Notes: generated from the letters alone by a model not told the origin. Counted from the first letter of the stretch, positions 50,107-60,225 are shown. The stretch is 64,000 nucleotides of DNA from Bacteroidaceae bacterium (GCA_963639245.1 CAVHVI010000001.1:7145-71144), one strand, 5' to 3'. Made by a program: numbers and translations.

Positions 50107-51308
50107 TTAAATTAGTGCTCTTAATTGCAGTTTTATGCATTGCAATTATTGCAGGCCCGATGACAGCTGAATCTCAGGGCTTTGTGCATATCGCAGCTGG
50201 CAACTATATTATTGAGACCTCACTTGTAAGTGCAGTGGTAATTGCGGTTATTGCAATTGCGGTACTTTGCTTAGTATTAGGTCTTTTAAAGCGCTTTATC
50301 CATATTCCTAAGGGTACGGCCAAATGGTTTAGGCTTCGTAGCAAGCAAAAGGCCTTAACTCTTCAGGATAATGCCTATCTTGCCTATGAAGAGGGTGATT
50401 ACGGTCAGACCCTTCATTTATTAGATAAAAGCGGTGCTATTGAGGATTTGCCCCTACATGCCTTATTTGTAGGCGCAAAATCTGCCTTTAACTATGGTGA
50501 ATACGACAAGTGCCGAGCCTATCTTGATCAGGCTGCTGCCATCAATGATGATGCTAAGGCTGCATCAAAGATTGTAAGAGCTAAGCTTAATCTTCGCATC
50601 AATAACTCCAAAGCCGCGCTTGAGGATCTCTCCGCCTTGCGTCCTAATCAGCGCAATAAGCTTATCTATCGCTTGTATCTTTTGTGCTATCAGCATGAAA
50701 ATGATGTCACCAAGCTTGCTGAGATCTCATCTGAGCTTGTAAAGCATAAGCTCATAACTCAAGATGAGGCTGCAGCAATTGAGGCCCGCTCCTTTGATCT
50801 AAGACTTAGCAAGGCGCAAAACGCCGCCGAACTCTCGCAAATCTGGAAGGGCTTATCCAAGCAAACAAGAAAAGATCCTGGCTCTATAGGATTATATGCC
50901 AAGCGTCTTATTCAGACAGGTGACATTGCTACAGCTCGTACCATGTCAATGTCAGTATTGAAAAATGGGCTTGATCCTGAGTTTTTAGAAGCGGTTTCCC
51001 AATGGGATGCCTGCATTCCTGATGTCTTAAAATACATCACTAATAAAAGTGATGCTATTTCAGGTGGTGTAAATCTACCTTTGCTTAAGGCTAAGGCTAA
51101 TTTGGAGCTTAGAGAGGGACTTTTACAGGAGGCACTTGATGATTATCGTGCCGCCTTGGAATTCTCCCCTACAGCTGAAATCTATAACAAGATAGGTCAG
51201 GTGCTCGCCCGTCAGCAAAATTATGCTGAGGCTGCTGACTACTTTATTAAAGCCAACTCTGCTAAGGATGTTGAGCCCAATTTAGGCAAGATCCTAGAGA
51301 AGAAGTAG
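50103..51308 (+). CDS. hemY: HemY-family (enterobacterial, TPR) membrane protein
   Basis: QGFVHIAAGNYIIETS, two TM helices, EGDY, TPR-like repeats. ATGA overlap with hemX. Confidence 0.85.
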   Translation: MIKLVLLIAVLCIAIIAGPMTAESQGFVHIAAGNYIIETSLVSAVVIAVIAIAVLCLVLGLLKRFIHIPKGTAKWFRLRSKQKALTLQDNAYLAYEEGDYGQTLHLLDKSGAIEDLPLHALFVGAKSAFNYGEYDKCRAYLDQAAAINDDAKAASKIVRAKLNLRINNSKAALEDLSALRPNQRNKLIYRLYLLCYQHENDVTKLAEISSELVKHKLITQDEAAAIEARSFDLRLSKAQNAAELSQIWKGLSKQTRKDPGSIGLYAKRLIQTGDIATARTMSMSVLKNGLDPEFLEAVSQWDACIPDVLKYITNKSDAISGGVNLPLLKAKANLELREGLLQEALDDYRAALEFSPTAEIYNKIGQVLARQQNYAEAADYFIKANSAKDVEPNLGKILEKK

Positions 51309-51322
51309 CAGGATAAACAATC

Positions 51323-51679
51323 ATGTCTTATAACGTAAAACGCATGTTGCAGACTGCTGTTTGTCTATTTCTCTCAACAGTTTCATTTTCAGCTTTCAGC
51401 CAAGTGCAAGGATGTATAAAGTATCAAAGAGCGGATTACTCTTGGTCACATCCCTACAAAGTCAGAGGAGAAGTATTATCTGGCTCAGACTTAAATTCCG
51501 CAACCAATTCTCACAACTACAGTGCGTCTAGCTATTATTTCTATGTTCCTTTTAAGAAAGGTGGTTATGTCACTTTAGAAATACCTATTGGTTCTTCTCT
51601 GCCATTGAGTGATTCGACAACTAAGGATCAGAGAGGCAAAAGATGGAGTATGAAATCAGGATGGGGTTTGTGTAATTGA
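51323..51679 (+). CDS. Hypothetical small secreted protein
   Basis: Signal peptide (..SFSAFS), aromatic-rich mature part, one Cys near each end of the mature region, AGGA SD. Confidence 0.7.
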   Translation: MSYNVKRMLQTAVCLFLSTVSFSAFSQVQGCIKYQRADYSWSHPYKVRGEVLSGSDLNSATNSHNYSASSYYFYVPFKKGGYVTLEIPIGSSLPLSDSTTKDQRGKRWSMKSGWGLCN

Positions 51680-51721
51680 TTCGCTTCTAATTTGCATTTA
51701 CACGCAACATTAGCTCTCAAA

Positions 51722-51752
51722 AAAGGCAGCTCCTATGATCTGCCTTCTTTTT
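51722..51752. terminator. Bidirectional terminator
   Basis: AAAGGCAG...CTGCCTT followed by CTTTTT. Confidence 0.6.
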
Positions 51753-51764
51753 AAAGAGAACGAG

Positions 51765-52214
51765 CTAATAGAAATTAGCCCTACTCTCACGCTTTAATTT
51801 TTCAGAAATTCTAAGTTCCTTATCCGCCTTTGAATAGAGCTCCTGCAAGGTCTTAACCTCTATCTTTCCACAGCTAGTAAAGAGCAGAAAGGAGCGACCA
51901 TCAAAATAGGTAAGCAGTCCTGCACAGGGTGCATTATCCACATACCTAAAAGAAAAACCACGCAGATCTAGCACTGGAGTTAGCCCCCAGCCGCTATACC
52001 TATCCATCACGTATTGAGCATAGCTTTTGGTAGTACTTAGGGTATTAACCGGCATTAAAATGCGTAAGGATGCTTGAGCTGAGCCATCTCCTTTGACAAA
52101 GGTAACCTCATTATTACCACTTTGCATCTCAAAGCCTAACTCCGCCGCCTCGGCATTGGCGTTAAAAAGCATTGAGCACAAGATAAAGCCAAAAGCTTGC
52201 GCAAGCTTACGCAT
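51765..52214 (-). CDS. Hypothetical exported protein
   Basis: Signal peptide ending ANA/AEA, AGGA SD. No family recognised. Confidence 0.7.
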   Translation of the reverse strand: MRKLAQAFGFILCSMLFNANAEAAELGFEMQSGNNEVTFVKGDGSAQASLRILMPVNTLSTTKSYAQYVMDRYSGWGLTPVLDLRGFSFRYVDNAPCAGLLTYFDGRSFLLFTSCGKIEVKTLQELYSKADKELRISEKLKRESRANFY

Positions 52215-52260
52215 ATTTTCTATCCTAAGTTATGTCCTAAGTCCTAATCTATTCCCTAAG

Positions 52261-53787
52261 CTATCTTAAGAACTGCTGATAGGTGCTATTGGAGGTGACT
52301 TCAGTTACGGGGTAACCTATCTTCTTAATAAACTCCATCACACCCTCTTCCTTATCGGTGACATCAAAACCACAGAGCACGCTACAGAATTCCAAGCCGG
52401 TAATACGGAAGTGGAATAGTGAGATGCTATAGGAATCACCTAATGTCTCAAGGAAGCGTAGCAAGGCATTTGAGGTAGCCGGGAACTCAAAGAGGAATAG
52501 CTTCTCTGAGATCTTTGGATTCAAATGACCACCAACTAGATAGCGTACATGATCCTTAGCAATTGAATCATCGGTAAGATCGGATACGAGATAGCCCTTC
52601 TTCTTTAAGGATTTAGAGATCTCGCCAAGCTCCTTCTTACCACCGGTGAGCTCAATTGAGGCAAACACGCGCGCTCTTTGAGAATCAGCATGACGATAGC
52701 TAAACTCGGTTACGGTACGAGAGCCAATAGTCTTGCAGAACTCAAGGAAGGATCCTTGGGTTTCAGGGATCTCAACTGAGAGAATACCCTCAGTCATTTC
52801 ACCGACGTCACAACGCTCAGCCACCATACGCAGAGTATGGAACTTAACGTTGGCACCTGACAGGATAGCTACGAAATTGCCACTCTTGCAGTTATGCTCA
52901 CGTACATATTTCTTTAATCCTGCCAAGGATAAGGCACCAGAAGGCTCGGCAATTGCACGAGTATCATCAAAGATATCCTTCATGGCAGCACAGATCTCAT
53001 CGTTTGAGCAGGTAACGATATCATCAAGATACTTGCTCAATACTCTGAAGGTCTCAGAGCCTGCCTTAGATACAGCCACGCCGTCGGCAAAGTGTGAGAC
53101 ATAACCGATATCCACCGGCTTGCCAGCCTTCAGGGCAGCCTTCATAGAAGCACTGCCTTCAGCCTCAACACCAACTACCTTAATATCAGGTAGCAAGGCC
53201 TTGATATACACGGCAATACCAGATGCCATACCGCCGCCACCAATCTGCACGAAGATAGTATCGATGTCATCACACTGACCTACTATCTCATGAGCGATGG
53301 TGCCTTGACCAGTGATCACCTCCGGATCATCATAAGGAGGGATCATGGTAAAGCCCTTCTTGCGGGCTAATTGCTGGGCATAATCATAGGACTGATTAAA
53401 GCTATCACCATAGAGCACTACCTCCGCGCCGTAATGACGTACGGCATCAACCTTCAGATCAGGAGTAGTGGTAGGCATAACGATCACTGCACGTACGCCA
53501 AGCTTTTGCGTGGACAAGGCCACACCCTGAGCATGGTTACCTGCAGATGCAGTAATAACACCAGCCTTAAGCTGTGAAGGGGTTAACCCCTTGATCATGT
53601 TATAGGCACCACGTAGCTTAAAGGAGTGGATCTTCTGCAGATCTTCACGCTTTAAGAGTACATTGACACCTAATCTTGAGGAAAGTGACTCTAGCTTTTG
53701 TAGCGGAGTGACCTTCACCAAATCATAGATACGCGCAAGCAGGATCTTATGCAGATATTCCTGTGCATCATATTGCTTGTCTGCCAT
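52261..53787 (-). CDS. ilvA: Biosynthetic threonine ammonia-lyase
   Basis: KREDLQ..SFKLRGA, SAGNHAQG, GGGG, two ACT-like domains. Confidence 0.96.
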   Translation of the reverse strand: MADKQYDAQEYLHKILLARIYDLVKVTPLQKLESLSSRLGVNVLLKREDLQKIHSFKLRGAYNMIKGLTPSQLKAGVITASAGNHAQGVALSTQKLGVRAVIVMPTTTPDLKVDAVRHYGAEVVLYGDSFNQSYDYAQQLARKKGFTMIPPYDDPEVITGQGTIAHEIVGQCDDIDTIFVQIGGGGMASGIAVYIKALLPDIKVVGVEAEGSASMKAALKAGKPVDIGYVSHFADGVAVSKAGSETFRVLSKYLDDIVTCSNDEICAAMKDIFDDTRAIAEPSGALSLAGLKKYVREHNCKSGNFVAILSGANVKFHTLRMVAERCDVGEMTEGILSVEIPETQGSFLEFCKTIGSRTVTEFSYRHADSQRARVFASIELTGGKKELGEISKSLKKKGYLVSDLTDDSIAKDHVRYLVGGHLNPKISEKLFLFEFPATSNALLRFLETLGDSYSISLFHFRITGLEFCSVLCGFDVTDKEEGVMEFIKKIGYPVTEVTSNSTYQQFLR

Positions 53788-55637
53788 TACAGTCCCTCAA
53801 GCTTTGAACGATCACGGACACCACCCTTGTCAGCACTTGATGCCATCTTGGCATAAGCACGTAGTGCAAAGGATACGTTACGATCGCGATTTTCTGGCTG
53901 CCATGCCTTTTTGCCCTTAGCCTCCATCGCAGCACGACGCTTTGCAAGCTCTTCATCAGATACTGCCATATGAATAGAGCGATTAGGAATATCGATCTCA
54001 ACGATATCGTTTTCCTCAAGCAAGCCGATGTTACCGCCATTAGCTGCCTCAGGGGAGACGTGGCCAATTGAAAGACCAGAGGAGCCACCAGAGAAACGAC
54101 CATCAGTGATCAAAGCACACTGCTTGCCCAAGCCTACAGACTTAATATAGGAGGTAGGATAGAGCATCTCCTGCATACCAGGACCGCCACGAGGGCCTTC
54201 ATAGCGTACGATCACAACATCGCCAGCCTTAACCTTGCCACCTAAGATGCCATCAACAGCGTCTTCCTGAGACTCGAAGATACGAGCAGGACCAACAAAC
54301 TTAAGAATAGAGGAGTCCACACCTGCAGTCTTAACGATACAGCCGTTTTCTGCAAGATTGCCATGAAGCACAGCTAAGCCGCCGTCTTTTGAATAGGCAT
54401 GCTCGATGTCATGGATACAGCCAGATTCACGATTAGTATCAAGCTCATCTACATAGGTCTCCTGAGAGAAGGCCTCAATGCTCTGACGTCCGGCACCTAC
54501 TGACTTATAGAACTTTAAGATCTCAGGATCAGTGGTCTTTTCAATATCATACTTATCGATCTGCTCACCTAAGGTCATGCCAGATACAGTCAAGGCATCC
54601 TCATGGAGCAAGTGATGCTTCTTAAGCTGAGCAAGAATATTCATAATGCCACCGGCATTGTGAACCTCTTCCATATGGTACTCATGAGTTGAAGGAGAAA
54701 CCTTGCAGATATGAGGAACCTTACGAGATAAGGCATCGATATCCTTCATGGTGAAATCAACACCAGCTTCCTGAGCAACTGCTAACAAGTGCAATACGGT
54801 ATTAGTAGAGCCACCCATAGCGATATCTAAGGACATAGCATTTTCAAAGGTGTTGCGGGTAGCAATGGAGCGAGGCAGTACGGACTTATCGCCATTTTCA
54901 TAGTAAGCCTTAGCCATCTCTACAATACGGTGAGCAGCCTTTTCAAATAGCTTCTTACGATTGGCATGGGTTGCAACTAAGGAGCCATTGCCAGGTAAGG
55001 ACAAACCAAGAGCCTCAGTTAAGGAGTTCATGGAATTGGCAGTGAACATACCAGAGCAGGAGCCACAGGTAGGGCAGGCAGCGTATTCAACTTCAGAGAC
55101 GCGCTCATCAGATACGCCAGGCTCTGCTGATACAATCATGGCATCGATAAGATCGACCTTATAGTCACAGCCCTTCATACGACCTGCTTCCATAGGACCA
55201 CCAGATACAAAGATTGCCGGGATGTTAAGACGCATAGCAGCCATCAACATACCTGGAGTTACCTTGTCGCAGTTTGAAATGCAGACCATAGCATCAGCCT
55301 TGTGAGCATTGATCATGTACTCACAGGAGTCAGCGATGATGTCACGAGAGGGCAAGGAGTAGAGCATGCCGTCATGGCCCATGGCGATACCATCATCAAC
55401 TGCGATGGTGTTAAATTCCTTAGCAATACCGCCGGCCTTCTCAATTTCCTTAACTACGAGCTGACCGATATCATGCAAATGCACGTGGCCTGGTACAAAC
55501 TGAGTAAAGGAGTTGCAAACAGCAATAATGGGCTTACCAAAGTCCTCATCCTTCATGCCAGTTGCCTTCCACAAGGCACGCGCGCCGGCCATCTTCTTTT
55601 CTTTATAAGTAATACTAGAGCGATAGTTGTTAGCCAT
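53787..55637 (-). CDS. ilvD: Dihydroxy-acid dehydratase
   Basis: [37 protein letters not shown]. Confidence 0.97.
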   Translation of the reverse strand: MANNYRSSITYKEKKMAGARALWKATGMKDEDFGKPIIAVCNSFTQFVPGHVHLHDIGQLVVKEIEKAGGIAKEFNTIAVDDGIAMGHDGMLYSLPSRDIIADSCEYMINAHKADAMVCISNCDKVTPGMLMAAMRLNIPAIFVSGGPMEAGRMKGCDYKVDLIDAMIVSAEPGVSDERVSEVEYAACPTCGSCSGMFTANSMNSLTEALGLSLPGNGSLVATHANRKKLFEKAAHRIVEMAKAYYENGDKSVLPRSIATRNTFENAMSLDIAMGGSTNTVLHLLAVAQEAGVDFTMKDIDALSRKVPHICKVSPSTHEYHMEEVHNAGGIMNILAQLKKHHLLHEDALTVSGMTLGEQIDKYDIEKTTDPEILKFYKSVGAGRQSIEAFSQETYVDELDTNRESGCIHDIEHAYSKDGGLAVLHGNLAENGCIVKTAGVDSSILKFVGPARIFESQEDAVDGILGGKVKAGDVVIVRYEGPRGGPGMQEMLYPTSYIKSVGLGKQCALITDGRFSGGSSGLSIGHVSPEAANGGNIGLLEENDIVEIDIPNRSIHMAVSDEELAKRRAAMEAKGKKAWQPENRDRNVSFALRAYAKMASSADKGGVRDRSKLEGL

Positions 55638-55655
55638 TTTTAAATTCCATTAATA

Positions 55656-55690
55656 AAAACCCCGCATTCACTCACTTAGCGTTTGCGGGG
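55656..55690 (-). terminator. Terminator-like hairpin between ilvE and ilvD
   Basis: CCCGCA...TGCGGG followed by TTTTT on the minus strand. Confidence 0.6.
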
Positions 55691-55711
55691 TCTAAAGTTA
55701 TTAAATTTTAA

Positions 55712-56638
55712 TTAGTCGTTGCAGGGGGTTAACCAGCCGTACTTATCTTCGATCTTGCCCTGGACATAGTCGAAGAAGTGCTGCTGTAGAGCCTCAGTGA
55801 TAGGACCACGGTGACCAGGACCAACATCTAAGCCATCAACAGAGGCAATAGGAGTGATCTCAGCTGCAGTACCAGTGAAGAAGGCCTCATCAGCGCCATA
55901 AACAGCCTCACGAGCCAATCTCTTCTCCACAACCTCATAGCCTAGATCGTGAGCAAAGTGGATAACTGCATCACGGGTAATACCAGGGAGCAAGCCGCAG
56001 GTGAAAGGAGCGGTGTAGAGTACATTGTCCTTAACAATGAAGACGTTCTCGCCTGAGCCTTCAGAGATGTAGCCGTTAACGTCCAAAGCGATAGCCTCAT
56101 CATAGCCATTGCCGGTTACTTCGTTAGCAATGAGGATGGAGGAGAGGTAGTTACCTGCAGCCTTAGCCTCAGTAGGGATGGTATCAGGAGCCAAACGTCT
56201 CCAAGAGGAAACAGCAACTCTAATGCCCTTCTTTAAGCCTTCCTCGCCCAAATATGCGCCCCAAGGAAGAGAGCAAACCATAGCATCAGCATTAAGGCCC
56301 TTCTTGAACTTAACGCCCAAGCCAACCTCGCCCATGAAGATCAAAGGACGAATATAACCAAACTCCATATTGTTAGCGGAGATGGACTTTCTGCAAGCCT
56401 CGCAGATATCTTCCTTGGTATAGCTCACAGGGAAGCGATAAATTCTGGCGGAGTTGAAGAGGCGGTTGATGTGATCCTTCAAACGGAAGATCTGAGGGCC
56501 CTTTTCGGTCTTGTAAGCACGGATACCTTCAAACACAGCAGAGCCGTAGTGGAGAGCGTGAGCAGTAACGTGAACCTTAGCGCTGTCCCAAGGAACCATT
56601 TTGCCGTTATACCACAGGGACTCAGGATGATCTGCCAT
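55712..56638 (-). CDS. ilvE: Branched-chain amino acid aminotransferase
   Basis: HALHYG.AVFEG, AKAAGNY, EGSGENVF, LPGITR, GTAAEI. Confidence 0.96.
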   Translation of the reverse strand: MADHPESLWYNGKMVPWDSAKVHVTAHALHYGSAVFEGIRAYKTEKGPQIFRLKDHINRLFNSARIYRFPVSYTKEDICEACRKSISANNMEFGYIRPLIFMGEVGLGVKFKKGLNADAMVCSLPWGAYLGEEGLKKGIRVAVSSWRRLAPDTIPTEAKAAGNYLSSILIANEVTGNGYDEAIALDVNGYISEGSGENVFIVKDNVLYTAPFTCGLLPGITRDAVIHFAHDLGYEVVEKRLAREAVYGADEAFFTGTAAEITPIASVDGLDVGPGHRGPITEALQQHFFDYVQGKIEDKYGWLTPCND

Positions 56639-56719
56639 TTCTAATACCTCTTTTTGCATATTCAGCATTCTCACAAAGCCGTGAGCATGCCTCTAAAAAA
56701 TTATCTTGGCTTGTTACAC

Positions 56720-56788
56720 CTAATTTATGAGTGTAGCACAGCCATAAGTTTGTGTTCTGATGAGTATAGATAGACGTGAGCTGCTCAT
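56720..56788 (-). CDS. Candidate ilv leader peptide MSSSRLSILIRTQTYGCATLIN
   Basis: 22-codon ORF with Leu/Ile codons (CTA, ATA, CTC, ATC) inside a structured leader upstream of ilvE. Confidence 0.35.
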   Translation of the reverse strand: MSSSRLSILIRTQTYGCATLIN

Positions 56789-56907
56789 CAAAAATTAAAA
56801 TAGATTATATACCACTTTGCGGAACATAACAGATCATATATTCCCTTTTTTGCAAAAATTATTAACTTCACTAAATTTGCTAAAATAGCGCAAATTTTCT
56901 ACATAGG

Positions 56908-57834
56908 ATGAAACACATGCTCTCCTTCCTCCCAAGTCCCATTTTGTTGATCATTAACTGCTTGCTATTAGCGTTAAACGGGATAATCATTTCAACTCCC
57001 ATCATGATCTTAGGAATATTTAGATTCCTACTCCCTATTCATGCCATAGTGTCCTTAATTGATCGCGTAAATTACTATCTCTATCGCTTGTGGGTAATTA
57101 ACGTAGCTTTAATCATGTCTCTTACCAACAAGATAGATTGGAAGATAACTGGCGATCAAATTCCTGAGATCAAAAGATCCTGCGTGGTAATTTCAAATCA
57201 TCAAAGCTGGGTAGATATCATCGTGCTCTGTCATATCTATCGTGGCAAGATCCCTACCACCAAGTTCTTTATGAAGCACTCACTTATCTATATCCCCTTC
57301 ATCGGCCTTGCCTGCTATGCCTTAGGCATGCCCTTTTTACGCCGCTACTCTCGCGAAAAGCTCTTAAAGAATCCTAAGCTTCGTCAAAAGGATATGGAAA
57401 CTACTAAGAAAGCCTGTAAGCGTTTGGCTATCCATCCATCATCCCTTATCAATTTTGTGGAGGGAACTCGCTATACTCCGGTGAAGGCCAAGGCTCAGCG
57501 CTCAAGCTATAAACATCTCATGCCGCCAAAGGCCCCATCGGTAGCCGTAGCCTTAGGTGAGATCGGTAATGATATCGATTGTGTTTTAAATACTACTCTG
57601 GTTTATCCTGAAAACAGCTATCCTCATAAGGGCTTTATCGATCTGCTGCTAGGTCGCTTTAAGGCCGTACGCGCTCACATTGAGGTCATGCAGGTTACCG
57701 AGGATATGACGGGTGACTATCTTGGAAATAAGGAATACAAGCGTGCCTTTACCAATAATTTAAAGGCCTTGTGGGCTAGAAAGGATGAGCTAATTGAGAA
57801 TATGCTTAATGAATATAAAGAGGAGCACAAATAG
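56908..57834 (+). CDS. yihG: YihG-like acyltransferase (PlsC family)
   Basis: NHQSWVD, KFFMK, MPFLRRYS, FVEGTR. Confidence 0.88.
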   Translation: MKHMLSFLPSPILLIINCLLLALNGIIISTPIMILGIFRFLLPIHAIVSLIDRVNYYLYRLWVINVALIMSLTNKIDWKITGDQIPEIKRSCVVISNHQSWVDIIVLCHIYRGKIPTTKFFMKHSLIYIPFIGLACYALGMPFLRRYSREKLLKNPKLRQKDMETTKKACKRLAIHPSSLINFVEGTRYTPVKAKAQRSSYKHLMPPKAPSVAVALGEIGNDIDCVLNTTLVYPENSYPHKGFIDLLLGRFKAVRAHIEVMQVTEDMTGDYLGNKEYKRAFTNNLKALWARKDELIENMLNEYKEEHK

Positions 57835-57867
57835 CTAGAGCATAAATAGCTAGAGCATAAATAGCTG
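57823..57867 (+). repeat. 15-nt tandem repeat, three copies, spanning the yihG stop codon
   Basis: GAGCACAAATAGCTA GAGCATAAATAGCTA GAGCATAAATAGCTG. Confidence 0.9.
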
Positions 57868-57873
57868 ATTTAA

Positions 57874-57905
57874 TTACAGGGTCCAAGCTGACCCTGTAAG
57901 TTTTT
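57874..57905. terminator. Terminator between the convergent yihG and dsbA
   Basis: TTACAGGGTC-N6-GACCCTGTAA followed by GTTTTT. Confidence 0.75.
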
Positions 57906-57927
57906 AGTTCTCTTGATCGAGAGTTAA

Positions 57928-58545
57928 TTAATCAAGAGTTAAGAGATAAGCTACAACGTTATCAAGATCCTCAACAGAATTTATATCATCCATCTTGACC
58001 ATATACTTACCGTTCACCATCAGCTCAGGAACTGCTTCAATCTTGGCATAATCAACCATCTTATCCCAAGCTGCCACCATACCCTTAACTACAAAGGAGT
58101 TATAGGACTGACGAGCCTTAGCTCCAGGCACACCAACCTTTTCTAGCTTTTCAAAGAAATAGTCAAGGCTTTGGGGATCCTCATTATCTACATGAATGGC
58201 ATTAAAAAGCTCTTGTGCAAACTCATCACCTACTCCTGCAACCTTAGCTACCGCATAAGCAGTCTCAGAATAGACGCCAAAATCTCCACCTAGCACGAAG
58301 ACAGGATTTAGCACAAACTCGGCCTTATCCTTAAAATGCTCCTTAACCTGCTCAAACTGATCTCGCATCATGAAGCAGTGGCCACAATAGAAGGAGAAGA
58401 ATTCACGGATCTCAGGTGATGCCGATTTCACATTACCTCTTATCTCGTAATCTACCCCTTCCTTATAATCCTTAGCATAGCTTGATGCCGATGTTGCTAA
58501 AAGCAAGGCGGCGGATAAGGCTGTAATAACAAGTTTCTTAAGCAT
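57928..58545 (-). CDS. dsbA: Thiol:disulfide interchange protein DsbA
   Basis: Signal peptide, EFFSFYCGHC, cis-Pro AVP, VNGKY. Confidence 0.9.
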   Translation of the reverse strand: MLKKLVITALSAALLLATSASSYAKDYKEGVDYEIRGNVKSASPEIREFFSFYCGHCFMMRDQFEQVKEHFKDKAEFVLNPVFVLGGDFGVYSETAYAVAKVAGVGDEFAQELFNAIHVDNEDPQSLDYFFEKLEKVGVPGAKARQSYNSFVVKGMVAAWDKMVDYAKIEAVPELMVNGKYMVKMDDINSVEDLDNVVAYLLTLD

Positions 58546-59575
58546 CTTTTTGATCCTCAATCAAAATATCAATGGACTCTCTGTCCCATCTTGAAACATT
58601 TTTACGCAGAAGCGCTGCATCGCGTCTTTCGCTTTTAAGCCCCATGCCCACTATGGCATACAGAGCCTTGGTTAAAAAGTTAAAGTGAGCACATATAGAT
58701 GTTGCTGCATATAAAGCTTTAACGGCTCGGCGTGTAATTTTAAGCACGCCCTTAGGATCGGCATGCATTAGCTTTACCGTAGCCTCAGCCATTAAAATAT
58801 TTAAAAGACAGAATTTCCTTATCCCAAGCTCACTTGTGGGAATAGTGAGGATAAAATCGCGTGCATCATCAAGATGGCCCTTAGTTATTGCCACATAATG
58901 CTGCACACCAGCCTCAGTTTTAGCGTCCATAGGCAAGAAAGACACGCCACGAGCTGCATCCTCAAGCCTATCCTTTAATATATTAGTAAGCTGCAAGCCC
59001 TCACCAAAGCTTACGCTTAATGAAAGTAGCTTATCTTTATCTATGCCCTGAGAATTTAATGCAAAGATATAAGCAAGAAGCTCACCTACAACACCTGCGA
59101 CGCTATAGCAATACTCATCTACATCAGAGAGCGTCTCAATGCTTACTCCATTTAAACTCTTAGCCATGCCTGATGAAAGTATAGCCACACCGCGGGCAAG
59201 CACCCGTCTTATGGCAAGAGGGAAGGTACGCGTGAGCTTTACTACTCCGACAAAATCCTGCATGAGCGCAAGCTCTGAGTCCTTAGCTCCAGCTTTTACT
59301 AAGCTATAGCCTCTATCTGCAAGCTCAAAGAGGTCCTGCTCATCCTCATATAAATTTAAGGAAAACCTCGCAAAATCTCTAAGCCACTGAATTTTGTCAG
59401 CAATCTTTGCCTTAGGATCATCCTCTATAGTATCTGCTATGCGGCACAGCAGATAGGCATTGGAAACCTCAATGGCAACATCCTTGGGCAACAAGGGAAT
59501 AGTCAACGCAAAGGTACGTGATACCTTGAGTAAATGCTCGTGCTGGCACTCTAATGATATTGCCTGATCCTGCAT
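58538..59575 (-). CDS. Squalene/phytoene synthase family protein (single-enzyme squalene-synthase-like)
   Basis: VSRTFALTI, YLLCRIADTIEDD, YCYSVAGVVG, GLQLTNILKD. Confidence 0.85.
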   Translation of the reverse strand: MQDQAISLECQHEHLLKVSRTFALTIPLLPKDVAIEVSNAYLLCRIADTIEDDPKAKIADKIQWLRDFARFSLNLYEDEQDLFELADRGYSLVKAGAKDSELALMQDFVGVVKLTRTFPLAIRRVLARGVAILSSGMAKSLNGVSIETLSDVDEYCYSVAGVVGELLAYIFALNSQGIDKDKLLSLSVSFGEGLQLTNILKDRLEDAARGVSFLPMDAKTEAGVQHYVAITKGHLDDARDFILTIPTSELGIRKFCLLNILMAEATVKLMHADPKGVLKITRRAVKALYAATSICAHFNFLTKALYAIVGMGLKSERRDAALLRKNVSRWDRESIDILIEDQKDA

Positions 59576-59709
59576 GAATAACCTCGTTTTTATTGTGGCA
59601 ATATTCTAACAGGCTAACACTATTTTGAATGCGCTTTGAGCTAAACTAAATGCTACTTTCTCATGAAAATAATCTGAAATGAGCTCAGATCATAAAAAAG
59701 GAGTCTTAG

Positions 59710-60225
59710 ATGAGCCTTGAAAACACAAATAATATCCCCGAGCCTCCTGCTGGCAATTTACTCTTAAGAACTCTTGCTATGCCAGGAGACACCAATCCTG
59801 CAGGGGACATCTTTGGTGGCTGGATCATGTCACAGATGGATATTGCAGGATCCCTTTTGGCAAGAGAAATTGCCTGTGGTCGCGTGGTAACCGTCGCCGT
59901 TGATGGGATGTCCTTTTTAAAGCCTGTGAAGGTTGGCAATGTTGTTTGTTGCTATGGACACTGCTCAAGGCTTGGCAGAACCTCAATTACCATAGAGCTT
60001 GAGCTTTGGGTAAAGCAAATAGTGTCAGATGGTGATGGGGTCAATGAGCATATAGAAAGACATATGGTTACCAAGGCGCACTATACCTACGTTAAGGTAA
60101 ACGCTCAAGGGCGCCCAGTAAACTTGCCTGCATCGGCATCAAAGGTGGCATCGGAGGGTATTGATGCAGGCTCTGTGGGACTTAACGCTGATGGGACCCC
60201 GCGTCGCCGTGAAGCATGCTGTTAA
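59710..60225 (+). CDS. yciA: Acyl-CoA thioesterase, YciA family
   Basis: LRTLAMPGDTNPAGDIFGGWIMSQMD, FLKPVKVG. Confidence 0.9.
   Translation: MSLENTNNIPEPPAGNLLLRTLAMPGDTNPAGDIFGGWIMSQMDIAGSLLAREIACGRVVTVAVDGMSFLKPVKVGNVVCCYGHCSRLGRTSITIELELWVKQIVSDGDGVNEHIERHMVTKAHYTYVKVNAQGRPVNLPASASKVASEGIDAGSVGLNADGTPRRREACC

Noticed and set aside
51680..51760. Integron attC site after the small secreted protein gene
   Set aside because: No RYYYAAC...GTTRRRY boundaries were found, only a terminator-like hairpin.
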